A stretch of DNA of 61,718 bases, counting the filler, from Choristocarpus tenellus KU-1152 (lineage: Eukaryota > Protista > Phaeophyceae), in the NCBI GenBank assembly GCA_964200185.2. It is 10 parts of 10 records of this genome, joined end to end, with 100 filler letters (N's around TTAATTAATTAA, not from the genome) between each part and the next. Parts side by side here need not be neighbours in the genome. Positions count along the whole stretch, not along the records: positions 46,417 to 54,593 come from CAXNAD020005044.1; positions 54,694 to 61,718 come from CAXNAD020006832.1; 8 more parts are not named here. The stretch is one strand, 5' to 3'. Each line of letters opens with the position of its first letter. Positions within the stretch are counted from its first letter, which is position 1. Shown piece after piece: positions 50,918 through 61,718 of this stretch. The notes below the pieces were generated by a model. The model saw only the letters and a program-made list of their open reading frames with translations. It was not told the DNA's origin and did no database searches. The translations under genes and the position numbers were made by a program.

Positions 50918-52707
50918 GATTTGAAGCAAAAAACGCGGCTTAGAATTCAAAACTGCCAAAGCTTTGTTGTCTCTTGTCTATACTTCAGCTCGAAAATATA
51001 ACAAGGAAAAGTGCGGACTTCAGATCAGCAATGAAATTTAAGCCATCGCGTTACAGAGAGTCCGCTCCTGAAGTATCAAGGACTAATTCCTAGGAAGAAA
51101 AAAGGTTCAACAATAAGGCTTGCACTCACTTGAATACAAGTCAGGAGATTTAAAAAAAAAGAAAAATCAAAGAACAGTAAGACATGAGTCATAGACAGGC
51201 ACATCCCTACACTGCAGTGAATGTAACCACAAACTAGAACCAAGGGGGCGTAGCAATGTCAATCTTTCATTGAATTCTTGGCTTCCACTGCCAATATGTG
51301 TTGTACCCCTCACACAAATTCCTCTCTCTGCAGTCTCCAGTAGAGGAGTGATGAAAGCAGGTACTGTGCATACAAGATTTCCATCTTCACACATGCCTCT
51401 CCATTCCCCAAGAGCCCATTGCCATTCAGTCTGCTAGCAATGATTATACTCACTGGTGCAACCTGATCAGTGGCTTTTGCATTATCTTTCCTGCTAGAGG
51501 AGCCCTGTCACCCCCCCCATCCTCCTGGGTTTCTTCCAATGTTATGCTGTGCCCTATCAGACATACCCCTGTATGTATGTGTGTAGGTATATACCGGTAC
51601 TTCAAGTACACATTGCTCCCCCCTGAATTATATGGGCGGGTGGATTAACCTACAGATATTTGCGTTCAAAACAAGCAGCATTAGAAATCGACTAGCGAGG
51701 CAGGTTTTGGAGGCATCCTGCTTCAGAAAGTCGTGAATGGCAGCACAGTATGAATATGTATATCGAACTGCTGACGATTGTTACGTATGGACTCAGAGAT
51801 GAAACTATAATGTAAATATACATAAGGAATTATGCCATCAGCGGTTTTGCTGTATATTTAAGTGTCAAGTCAAGTAGGCAATTCAAATGATCCTCCAATA
51901 ATCATTGTTCACAAATGCAAGAGGACTTCAATACACACTTCCTTAATTCTTTGCATAAATGCTGTCAACAGCATTTTTTCCCCCTTGCATGTTGATTCCA
52001 TTGATGACTGGAGTGTTCAGCAGCATTGAGGAAGTGATGGAGAGTCTTAAAAACAAAATATGACTTGTTCAATCTATTGCAACATATTGCACCACTAAAG
52101 AGTGATCGCAACAAACCTGACAGTCACACACACCAGTTCATTGTATAGTAGTCTTACAACAACAAACGCATATCATGACAGAAGACACAATTGCGCTACA
52201 AAAACATGGTACATGTGTTCAAATATTTCAACCTCACTGTTGCTTCAGAAAAATGCTACCCCTTCACAAGCTCCCAGGAAAGACAAGCATCTGACTATAT
52301 ATAAAGGCAAATCTACCCTTAAAAGTTGCACTCACACAAATACGAATCATGTATTGCAGAATAAAAAACGTGGAAGTTCAAGTCATGTATACTAAAAAAA
52401 AGTACTGGGAGGCCATGTGTGGAGGAGATGGCATTCATGTCACTAGCACCGATGCAACCTCTACCTTCTGTACAAGCTTGACCCAAGCCAACTAAATCCT
52501 ACAATTCTGTGCTCTTACACCACAAGAGGCTCAACATACATTACTAAAAACTATCAACCGCACTCAGTCAAGGACTCGAAGAGAACGCATTAGAATAACA
52601 AGTGACTGAAACAAAGTGTATCCCCAAACAAGCAATAGCTAGCTCTACTACTACTACTTTGTTGTATGCACTATTGCTGTCACACCCTCTTTGTGCATTC
52701 AGCCTAC

Positions 52708-54372
52708 CTGCACTACATCGGGCGTGAGAGCCTGGTGAGGGGCTGATTGTGGATCCAGGACATCCATGCCTGGTACCATGGGCAGCAGTGGATCTCCCCT
52801 ACAATACCTGTTACCAAAACATTACGAATATATAACAGATCATCCAATAAAGAGTGTCAGACAAAAGAATAATAACAATAATAAAAAACACCAAGGCAAC
52901 ATCATCATAGGCGAGACAGGGTGTGTAGGCTTAATTGTTAAGTGGGATTGGTGGTTTGACCAACACAAAGGGCTTTGTGTGTAAAATAGAGCCCCCACAC
53001 TCAATAAAAATAACACAGTTCTGGTAGGCCTCAAGTGGTTGTGTGCAGTTTCCAAAGTCGACAAGCATAAAAAAACTTGATATTATACATTACTAAGGAG
53101 TTAAAAGTGTCATATTCACCAAATCAAATGCTGGAACAACAGTGATACGAAGTACTCTACTGTTCATCCCGTTGGCCTTCTTGCTCAATTTGCCCACCAC
53201 ATGTAGAAATTGGTCTCGTTTACTATTATTGTCAGATGTGTTTATAAAGTGCTAGGCTTTGGTTATTTCAGGACTGTGAAAATGGAAACCAGTGACAAGC
53301 TTCACACCTCAGCTCAACTTGAGGAAAAGATCTCTAGGAAGGAAAGGCAAAGCAACCCAATGAACACATTTTGACATCAGGGCTCATAGGGTGAAGGGGT
53401 TGGTCTTAGTGTTGAGGTGTTCAAGAACAGACTACATGCAACAAGCATAGTAGGCTTGGCAGCAAATAGGCTCTTGTGAAAGCCAGTTCCCTCACAGTTC
53501 TTATTCATTTTTCAAAACCACATTTTGGGCTGTGTACTATATACTTAGGTTGATTCTTCGAAATCAAGGCAATCATCTATATTGAGGCTACACTAATTCT
53601 AAAGAATCCTATAGTTGATATTGACTCACTGTTAAACAATTTCAAACCTCATTGGACAAGCTCCACACCTGAGCAAACCTCAATGCCTAGGTTGTCTCCA
53701 AGGTAACCATCATTAAAGGGATGAGGGATGATGGCACAGAACACAATACGGACAATTCTAGATTCCTCACCTGTGCCCCAGAACAGCAACCCCTATGGAC
53801 ATAGTCCCTCCCACTAGGAATATCACGCTCCAAAGCACACTCATGAAGAACCTGGCCGAGTATTCATTCTCCTGACAAATGCAAAAAAATCATCATGAAC
53901 GTATAATCGATATTGCATACTTCCATGGCAACAAGTCAAACTTCATGTATTAAGGTAAGGTACCCTGCAAGTCAACCCTCGATCCCACAGTATTGCCCAA
54001 ATAAATAAAGTGTATCACAAATAGTCCTCATGTTGAAGTGAGTACAAGCGCAGCTTTGACTCTGTATATATATTTCAAGTCAAGGAGGCACGGGGTATCA
54101 ATAGGTATAACTGCACCTTATAATGATTAGTTGATAACATTCAATTGATAATAATAGAGATTAAATCTAAGTATTCGTTATAACAGAAAAAAAACGATTT
54201 GAGTTTATATCTGCACAAACACGAAGCAAACTCATTGATCTTCACACACATTGTGCAATTGCCATCCCAGGATAAAAAAAAGACCTGCTCCACATCACTG
54301 TGGTTTTTTGTTGACCGAGGTGCTTACACCACTGGATAGCTCATGAGATAAGGGGGTACCCCTCAGCAAAGG
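52708..54372 (-). CDS. Hypothetical membrane protein, internal exons
   Basis: Phase-compatible GT-AG exons 54372-54328 (PLLRGTPLSHELSSG), 53871-53771 (ENEYSARFFMSVLWSVIFLVGGTMSIGVAVLGHR; TM-like; only open frame) and 52807-52708 (YCRGDPLLPMVPG...VVQ). Confidence 0.45.
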
Positions 54373-54552
54373 CTATGCACAGCACAGACCGTCAGATCTA
54401 CAGACAGCCCCATCCCCCAACCAAACTGCAACAGCAATGATAGTGGGGCAGAGTATACAACCAGAAACACAATAGTGAGGAGATCACGACAAGCACAGCA
54501 TGCAGGAACCATGACTATCCTGTGGTCTCATATACTAGTTTCACCAACCAAT

Positions 54553-54767
54553 GACCCAAAGTATCTGGGAAGGGGGGGGGGGGTGTACAACAGNNNNNNN
54601 NNNNNNNNNNNNNNNNNNNNNNNNNNNNNNNNNNNNNTTAATTAATTAANNNNNNNNNNNNNNNNNNNNNNNNNNNNNNNNNNNNNNNNNNNNAAAAAAG
54701 GATTTTACTGAAAAGGATGCCCCCCCACAAACCACCCCCCCCCCCCCCCCCCCAGATACTTTGACCC
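54553..54767. mobile_element. MITE B-like termini on either side of a gap
   Basis: GACCCAAAGTATCTGGGA... / ...CCCCAGATACTTTGACCC. Confidence 0.7.
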
Positions 54768-55642
54768 AGACGATGGATATTGATGCATCGTCGAATGTTG
54801 AACATATTCATAACTAAGAAACCATCAAACAGAGCTTGAACAAGAGTGCTCATGGCGTTACCATCATCAGCCCTGAATTGCCACAACTTTGAACCACTGG
54901 GGCTTGACTGCTGGATATTTACACTACATTTTTTTTCTACATGCTCTTGAGAAATATGTATGATATATGATACAGAAAGTTTTGTTGACTTGAGGCGTGT
55001 CAGATAGTGAGGATTTAGGTACCTAAAGTAAGTTTTAAGATTTGTACCACATAGGGAGATTTGATACCACTTACCAAGTATGGTCTATGCTTTCTCGAAA
55101 TCCGTTTCTCACCGAATATATGAGTGTAAAAAACTATTGAGGAAGTGGTTGAAGAAGGAGAAAAGCAACCTATCTTGGCTGCCCCCGTCCATCACTTTGT
55201 TGTATGAGGCAAGATAAACCATTCCACTAGCGTATACACCAGAGCATACTCTTATATTGTATTTCAGTCCATATGTAATGACCGAAATCGAAAATTCGAT
55301 ACTGTATTCTCCTTTCACCAGTCCCAGTCATACCTTGCTCTCGAGTATTGATTCATTGTTGAGCTAAAGGGGATCTAATCTCCATTGCATATTTTGAACG
55401 TTTGAAACCCTCTGTCTGGCCCCCAATCTCCTATGCCTGAATTGGAGCTAGCTCCCACCAGAAGGCTGTGACTGTAGAAGAGGAGAAGAAATTTTGTCCA
55501 AATCAGCATAATTCCACTGTACAGAGTGCTAGAAGCACTTGTACTAGAAATCAGCCGTAGGCACCCCGAACATCTCCCCGATCCCCCCCTCCAAGATAGC
55601 ATGGCGCTCTCATAAACCCTCAATTCCAACCAACCACATCAG

Positions 55643-56872
55643 GGACAGTGAGGTCTGGAGACAGAGCAGCAGTGAGACACAGGAGGAACTAGCAAGTCGT
55701 ATCGAGGCACATCAGAGGGAAGTCTCCGGGTGTCAGACCACACTCGATTGGATCAGCAATGACGTCAAGCCAGCTCTTCAGGCACAGTGTGACAACCACT
55801 CTCACCGTATCAATGCTCTCCCTAACCTTGTTGAACGGGCACTAGAGAGGTTGCTGAACACGGGTGCCAGTGAGCTTGCACAGCGTCGGCTTGGCGTTGT
55901 TCAAGGCCTCCGAGGTTGCTGCAACTCCTGGGAGGAGGAGTTGTTACGGCGGCGTGTCGCAAGGAGGGGATGGAGGTGGCAGTGGGGGAGGGCAACACAG
56001 GCAGTGGAGGAGGAGGCCATTGTCATCACAAAGCCTGTTCTTCCACCAGGGTTGAAGGAACAAACATCTCGTCTTGCTGCCGGAGAAGCAATGGTTGGGG
56101 CAACTATTTGGGATTTTGTGCAAAGCGGTATTGGGAAGAAGGATCCCACGAGGGTGGAGATCAAGAGCTCGATAAGTGTCCCAACCAGTCACGAGGAAGA
56201 GAAACACAGCACACCTCGTGTTGAATCTAAAGTGCATGATGATATAGAGGGCTGGGCATTGCTCGATGATGAGACCAAGGCTGTGGCAGAAGCTGAGCTG
56301 GAGGCAGCACGAGCTGCTGGCTGTGAGAGAGCAAGAATTTGCAGTGAGCTGATAGGCAAGTGGTGGAATGCACAACTGGAAGCTGTCGCAGATGGGTTCA
56401 ATGCCTGCGCCTGGGCAGCTGAGGAGCGTAGGTGAGATAAGAGGGAATATTTCTTTCTGGAGTATAGTGAAACAGGAGATGAACGTGGTGGTGGGGAAAA
56501 GTGGTTCAAACTTGAAGCGCTTTTTGCTGACATCCTGCACTCTGTTCCTCCTCACAGTCATCGGAAGACATAGATTTACCTGTGAAAAAGTGTTTGCACA
56601 CATATTTCTCGGCGTTTACAGTATTATGCTAAGATGACAGTGAGGACATGCGATGTTGTGCAACAGACGCAATCTGCTGATTGACTATATACTCTGAATT
56701 ATATACATCACACGATGTATATATATATATGAACCCCCATACCCAGGTCTAATGCTGCTTGTTCTACCATCTCCCCTGCCCCCACAATCTTACATCTTTG
56801 TTTTTCAATTGCTTTCGATCCTGCTTAGGCTTATTGAGAAGAATCAGTTTGAAGTAATCAAACTCCTAAGAA

Positions 56873-56921
<49 letters not shown>

Positions 56922-57380
56922 GTGTAAAGACGTTCTTTTTGCTTTCCACTTCATCCATATTCCAGGGTCAGACGAGAGGTAGGTTACCTCCTCACTGCAG
57001 CTATGGAAGAGACAGAGGATCGGGAAAGCATCGATGACTTCTTGGAGCAGTCCCATAAAACGCTCCGTAGCGAGACTCGACGCATCACCAACCAATTCAA
57101 TGCGACAGCAGGGTCGGTGACTGCAGCATTGGAGGCAGGAAATACTCAGTTTAAGGTTGACATGTTGGCTGAGGCAGAGGTAGCAGCTCTAGAAGCTGAG
57201 GCGATGGCAAGCCGTGTTAATGTTGCCATTGGAGAGATGGTTTATCAGACCATGGGTACAATGGCATTGGCAAAGATGCGGTTGAGCCGATGCGTTGCTG
57301 AGCAAAGGGCCAGCCAGGAGTTCCAAGGGGAGGGAGGGGGAAGAGGGGTGAGGGCAAAGGATAGGGCAAAGTCAATGTAA
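55643..57380 (+). CDS. Hypothetical helical/coiled-coil protein
   Basis: Long open exon 55643-56431 (...AEERR|gtgag) splices in phase 2 to 56966-57380 (VRREVGYLLTAAMEETED...). Glu/Ala-rich; no family recognised. Confidence 0.65.
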
Positions 57381-59289
57381 GGAGGGCGAAGGAGGTGCTG
57401 CTGAGGCTATGAGCCGTTACATTGCTCATGGGGCGATAACGATGTGTTTTCTGTGATCTGGTTGCTATGCGTTTTTTTTCCGTTGTTGGGTCAGTGTGTA
57501 TTGCGCTAGAGGTTGATCTCTTCTTTTATTTTGTGACAACTTCCTTTCCCTGCGTAACTGCACTGTTGTACATCTGTCCGTTCTTTTTTTATTCCAAGGA
57601 TTTGAGTTTTTTTTGCTTGTTGTTGCAATGAATTCTATTGGCCGGAAAAAAAAAAAAAACGTACACTTTACTTTGGTTTTGGTAACTGAGTCGTCGTACC
57701 AAAATTCCGGTGTCTGTCTCATTTGCTTGTTGCTCCTCACTTTTAAAGAGCGGGGGATGTTCATCCATTTATGTACTGTATACTTTTTCATGACCTCGGC
57801 AAAATTTAACCTGTCCAGAGTGCAATGGTTTAACTCGCATCATTGTATAGGAGCCACTCAAAAAATATATTGTCAAGAGTTTTAGTAATAAACTTCAAAA
57901 TTGTCAGATCCCATTCGAGCAGCTGCACTCTTGAGAAGCGTGTACTACGTTTTAATGTAAGTATAGTTGTCTGTTGTATCATAAGAGCTTCCGATGATTC
58001 GTTGTTTCCTCCCACAAAAAGCAGTTGAACAGGATGAAAATAAAAAAATGCAAGGCAATATAGAAGCTAAAAAAATAATAATATGTTCCGCATTTGTCAT
58101 TCGCTGAGCACATTCATCATGGTCATTGTCGATTTATGATTATGTTGACAAAAATCATGCACATACAGCAGAGAGGGAGCCACGACTACATGAACAAATT
58201 TGAAGTACTAATAGGCATAATACACAGTACAAGCATCTCAACCGTTTCGCTCAAAGGACACAACAGGCAATCTGGAAAAATACTCTCAATCTACACTTAC
58301 ACAGGTAGACCCTAAGATTGTTTGTCTGCAGCAAGTTGGAAGAAGTCTCACATTCCTCCACTCAACAGTGTGTGTCCTACCAGTCGCAGTTAGAAGTTGT
58401 TGTATTAATAGCAATAACATCACTAGCATCAATTCTGGTGCTTGTTTGGGGATCATGAGTAGTAGTAGTTAGAAGTAGTGGTATTAATAGTAATAGCATC
58501 AGTAGTTTTTTCACCTTGGTATTCATCATGGTGCGGATCCACTAGAACACTCCCAGATCGTTCCTGGAACCCCCTCAACATTAACAACAAGAATGGAAAC
58601 AAGCTGCCAGTTCAACACCATAATCAATCTGGGACAGAAATGCAATACAATGGTCCGCCCTTTGAGGGTTAGAATGGAATGCATGTACTACTTCTCAAGA
58701 ATAAACAAAACTACAAATAAACTACAATGTTGGATATCTGAACAGGAACATCAAAAAAGTGAAAATATTTTCTTCCTAATAAAAACAATTTAACAATGGG
58801 TCACCACAAAAAAAAAAAGCTACACTAGCACCAACTCGGTAACATAGAGGCAAAACAAAATCCTTCAGCAACACCACAGTTAACATTCACAACAATTCCA
58901 AGAACCACACACTAGGTACTCTGGAGTGTACTGCATGCTGCCACCACAGGTGATTTAGCCTTCACATGATCAACAGCACAACTCTCGCTAGTTGATGGAA
59001 TGACCCCAAGTGGGCCCACAAGAATACATCTACAGCATCCTGTCTCACATCAGGATATCTTAAATACCCTGCCACCTTACCCGCAGTGGTACAGGAGTAT
59101 CTCTGCATTGTCAGTGTCTCTCACCCCAACACACATACAAGATGCACGTCACCTTCTGCTGACCAATCGGAGAAGGGTACAATACAAAACAGGGGCCAAT
59201 ATAGGAATCAAAAAAATATGTATGTCAAAACCACGATGGCACATCCACTTCTATCAAAATAAAACATCCCATCAAGCTTTACCAGTCGA

Positions 59290-59333
<44 letters not shown>

Positions 59334-59408
59334 CACGCCTACCTATATTCACCTACTATTAATATAATAGCATTATCTATGTTAGTTCAAGTCTATCAAA
59401 GTCATGGG

Positions 59409-59676
59409 CTACACATTCTTGTTGAGAGCCACATCCCACAGGCCTCCGTGTCCTGCATTGATCCCCACCCAAGCATCCTCCCTCACGTGACCACTTCCTC
59501 TAACAGGAAAAACCTCCAGGGCAACAACAGAACTCCATCGAGCCGGAACTGACTTGAACATCACCCAGCCGCTCCTCTCTGGAAACTCTTGCCCCCCTGC
59601 AGAACCATATGCCGACTCCACCATCACCTTCGAAGGCATTTTACCCATCTCAGGCGCCCATCCAGAGGCCTTACTA

Positions 59677-59707
<31 letters not shown>

Positions 59708-61259
59708 CTCCTCCTCCTCTTCCTCCTCCACTGCCTCCTCCTCTCCCCTGACTCAGTGCTTTTTCACACTCCATTGGCATGCCACCAGCGTCTCGTGGGC
59801 CGGAGCTGCCTGCAGGGGATGTGACTGGCTCTCTTTTCGAGTGTAGTGGTCTCGGCACCGACATGGCAGGCGTTTCATCCCACGACACCGGCAATGACAT
59901 GGCTTTGCAGAGCTGGAAGGCGTGCTCGGTGTCTCGTAAACACAACATTCGCGCCACATCTGTCTGCAAGACAAACAATAAATAAAATAAAATAAAATAA
60001 AAGTTGTGAAAGGAGGTTACGATTCTCTAGTGTACAGAGAGGTGTACCCCTCTAAAAAACAAAAACAAAAAAAACAGAAGAAACAAACTGCAATGTTGAA
60101 CATATCCCCAGGCCAAGACCGTGCAATTTAATATAACAAAACAAAACACCTCCTGGCCCCAACAATCGTAGTCTATTCTGTGACCCCAGGTACATGCTCA
60201 ACAAGGGAGGGAGGTAGGGAGGGAGGGTTTCTGGCGGGCAGTTAACACCATTCACAGGTCTAGTCGCAACTACCTATCAACCTACCTGAAAACACCATAT
60301 TTTTTTTAATTCCCTGTCTTTGTCCATGAAGAAAATATGTGTAAAAATCCTACTGTAACTGCAACAACAGTGTCGGGATTATTGCAATACAAAATCAACA
60401 CCATGCAACAGAGCTAGCTCTACAACAACATCACTAGCAGAGTATATTAAAAAAAAAATCATTGCAAAAAAAAGAAGTCTGCCATGCCCGCCGCCGCCCC
60501 CTCCAAGAACAAAACCAAGGAGCTCAAAAAAAAAAAAAAAGGGTATGTCCTCTCTCTCAACTAAACTCTTTTGAGGCCTCTCTCTCACCAAGGGAACCCT
60601 CTCCTTCTTGCCCATGGAGCAGTTCAAGGCTTGAAGCGCATAGCACCTCACTGACAAGATCACACTGTGGCAAAGACACCTGAGCCGCACCACAAAACCC
60701 GCCTCCACCCCTCCCCCTTCCACCTCTCCCCTCCCACCCCTCCCCTGCCCCTGCCCCCAACCAACCACCGCCAGCAACGGCGCCCCAGACTCCTCTTCCG
60801 GCGCTGCGTTGACCACCTCCCCAATGCGCCCATCAAATTGTCCCAACAACCCAACAACACTAGTCGAATCATCCGCTCTCCCTGCCGCCTTGTCCAAGCC
60901 TGCCTCCGACCTCAAACTTGCCTCTGACGGAACATATCCGTTTCCTGATTGTCCTTCCCTCCTCACCCTCCTCATCAACTCTGTTCTCCGTTCTGTCTGA
61001 GCCCCCCCTGTTCTCCACCCCCCTCCCTCCACCCCGCTTTCACCAATACGCCTCCCCAGGAGAAAGAAAAACTCTGCCCAGTTTCCCGCACCCAGAACAC
61101 CAAGGATCCGCGCCGCCAACGCAACCTTTGTGAACTCCTTGTTGACCCTGTTGTCGTCCTCATCGACCTGCTGGGATCTGATAATAGACGGAGGGCGTTC
61201 TCTTCCACAGCGAGGTGCGGTGAGTCTCTTTGCTACCGTGGCAAAGACTCTTCCCACAC
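59409..61259 (-). CDS. SAC3/GANP/THP3-family protein, 3' exons
   Basis: Exon 61259-60589 (ALAARILGVLGAGNWAEFFFLL ... RLRCLCHSVILSVRCYALQALNCSMGKKERVPL) and 59963-59409 (TDVARMLCLRDTEHAFQLCKAMSL) resemble the PCI/winged-helix end of the SAC3 domain. Confidence 0.7.
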
Positions 61260-61299
61260 CTTGAATAATAACAACAAAAAAGGCATGCAATTTAATAAC

Positions 61300-61718
61300 A
61301 CAACAAGGGTACAGTGTACATAAAAGGGTAAAATGTACACAATGGGACAGTGTACATAAAAGGGTACAGTGTACACAAGGGTACAGTGTACATAAAAGGG
61401 TAAAATGTACACAACAAGGGTACAGTGTACATAAAGGGGTACAGTGTACATAAAAGGGTACAATGTACACAAGGGTACAGTGTACATAAAAGGGTACAAT
61501 GTACATAACAAGGGTACAATGTACACAAGGGTACAGTGTACATAAAGGGTGCAATGTACACAACAAGGGTACAGTGTACACAAAAGGGTACAATGTACAC
61601 AACAAGGGTACAGTGTACACAAAAGGGTACGGTGTACACAATAAGGGTACAATGTACACAATAAGGGTACAGTGTACACAACAAGGGTATAGTGCATACA
61701 AAAGGGTATAGTGTACAC
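61300..61718. repeat. Intronic minisatellite, ~19-24 bp units AAGGGTACA(G/A)TGTACA(C/T)A
   Basis: Roughly 19 head-to-tail units up to the window end. Confidence 0.95.

Noticed and set aside
3495-54693. TTAATTAATTAA motif centred in nine 100-bp N blocks
   Set aside because: Identical six-frame-stop linker inside fixed-length gaps; a scaffolding artefact, not biology.
55944-56603. 219-aa minus-strand ORF
   Set aside because: Shadow of the + strand exon, which has splice-phase support.
56875-59332. (TA)n at ~56875-56918 and (CA)n at ~59291-59332
   Set aside because: Ordinary microsatellites.
60379-61701. 440-aa ORF as a single Cys-rich protein
   Set aside because: The N-terminal third is translated minisatellite and the tail is intron; only 61259-60589 behaves as an exon.
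61300-61718. CRISPR-like array
   Set aside because: Head-to-tail units without unique spacers, no cas genes, eukaryotic intron. The same applies to 46040-46316 and 5135-5780.
1-61718. tRNA, rRNA or other structured RNA genes
   Set aside because: None recognisable by eye; tRNAscan-SE or Infernal would be needed to exclude them.

Overview
Eukaryotic, intron-rich scaffold with GT-AG introns and many N-gaps carrying an artificial TTAATTAATTAA linker. A flagellar docking-complex gene, a spliced histidine kinase and TTAGGG repeats suggest a stramenopile, probably a brown alga (inference). Host genes reconstructed by hand: ODAD1/ODA-DC2-like 3' part (-), histidine kinase HisKA+HATPase (-), a complete 9-exon ZIFL-like MFS transporter (+), GH47 alpha-1,2-mannosidase 3' part (+), SAC3/GANP-like 3' part (-), and two unknown genes that may be interleaved antisense. 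The rest is dominated by mobile DNA: a decayed, intron-containing Sola-like (DUF7869-type) transposase; two MITE families sharing a CAAAGTATCT TIR core (family A makes 4-bp TSDs, confirmed by an empty site in the window); related LTRs with a PBS and a PPT on either side of the MFS gene; Gypsy and Copia relics; a long inverted repeat; a foldback element; and minisatellites. The most unusual signal is many 2-3-unit TTAGGG insertions, several flanked by direct duplications of the target and starting in register with the upstream flank, as expected if telomerase added repeats at internal breaks. All family assignments are from motif recognition only; no searches were run.
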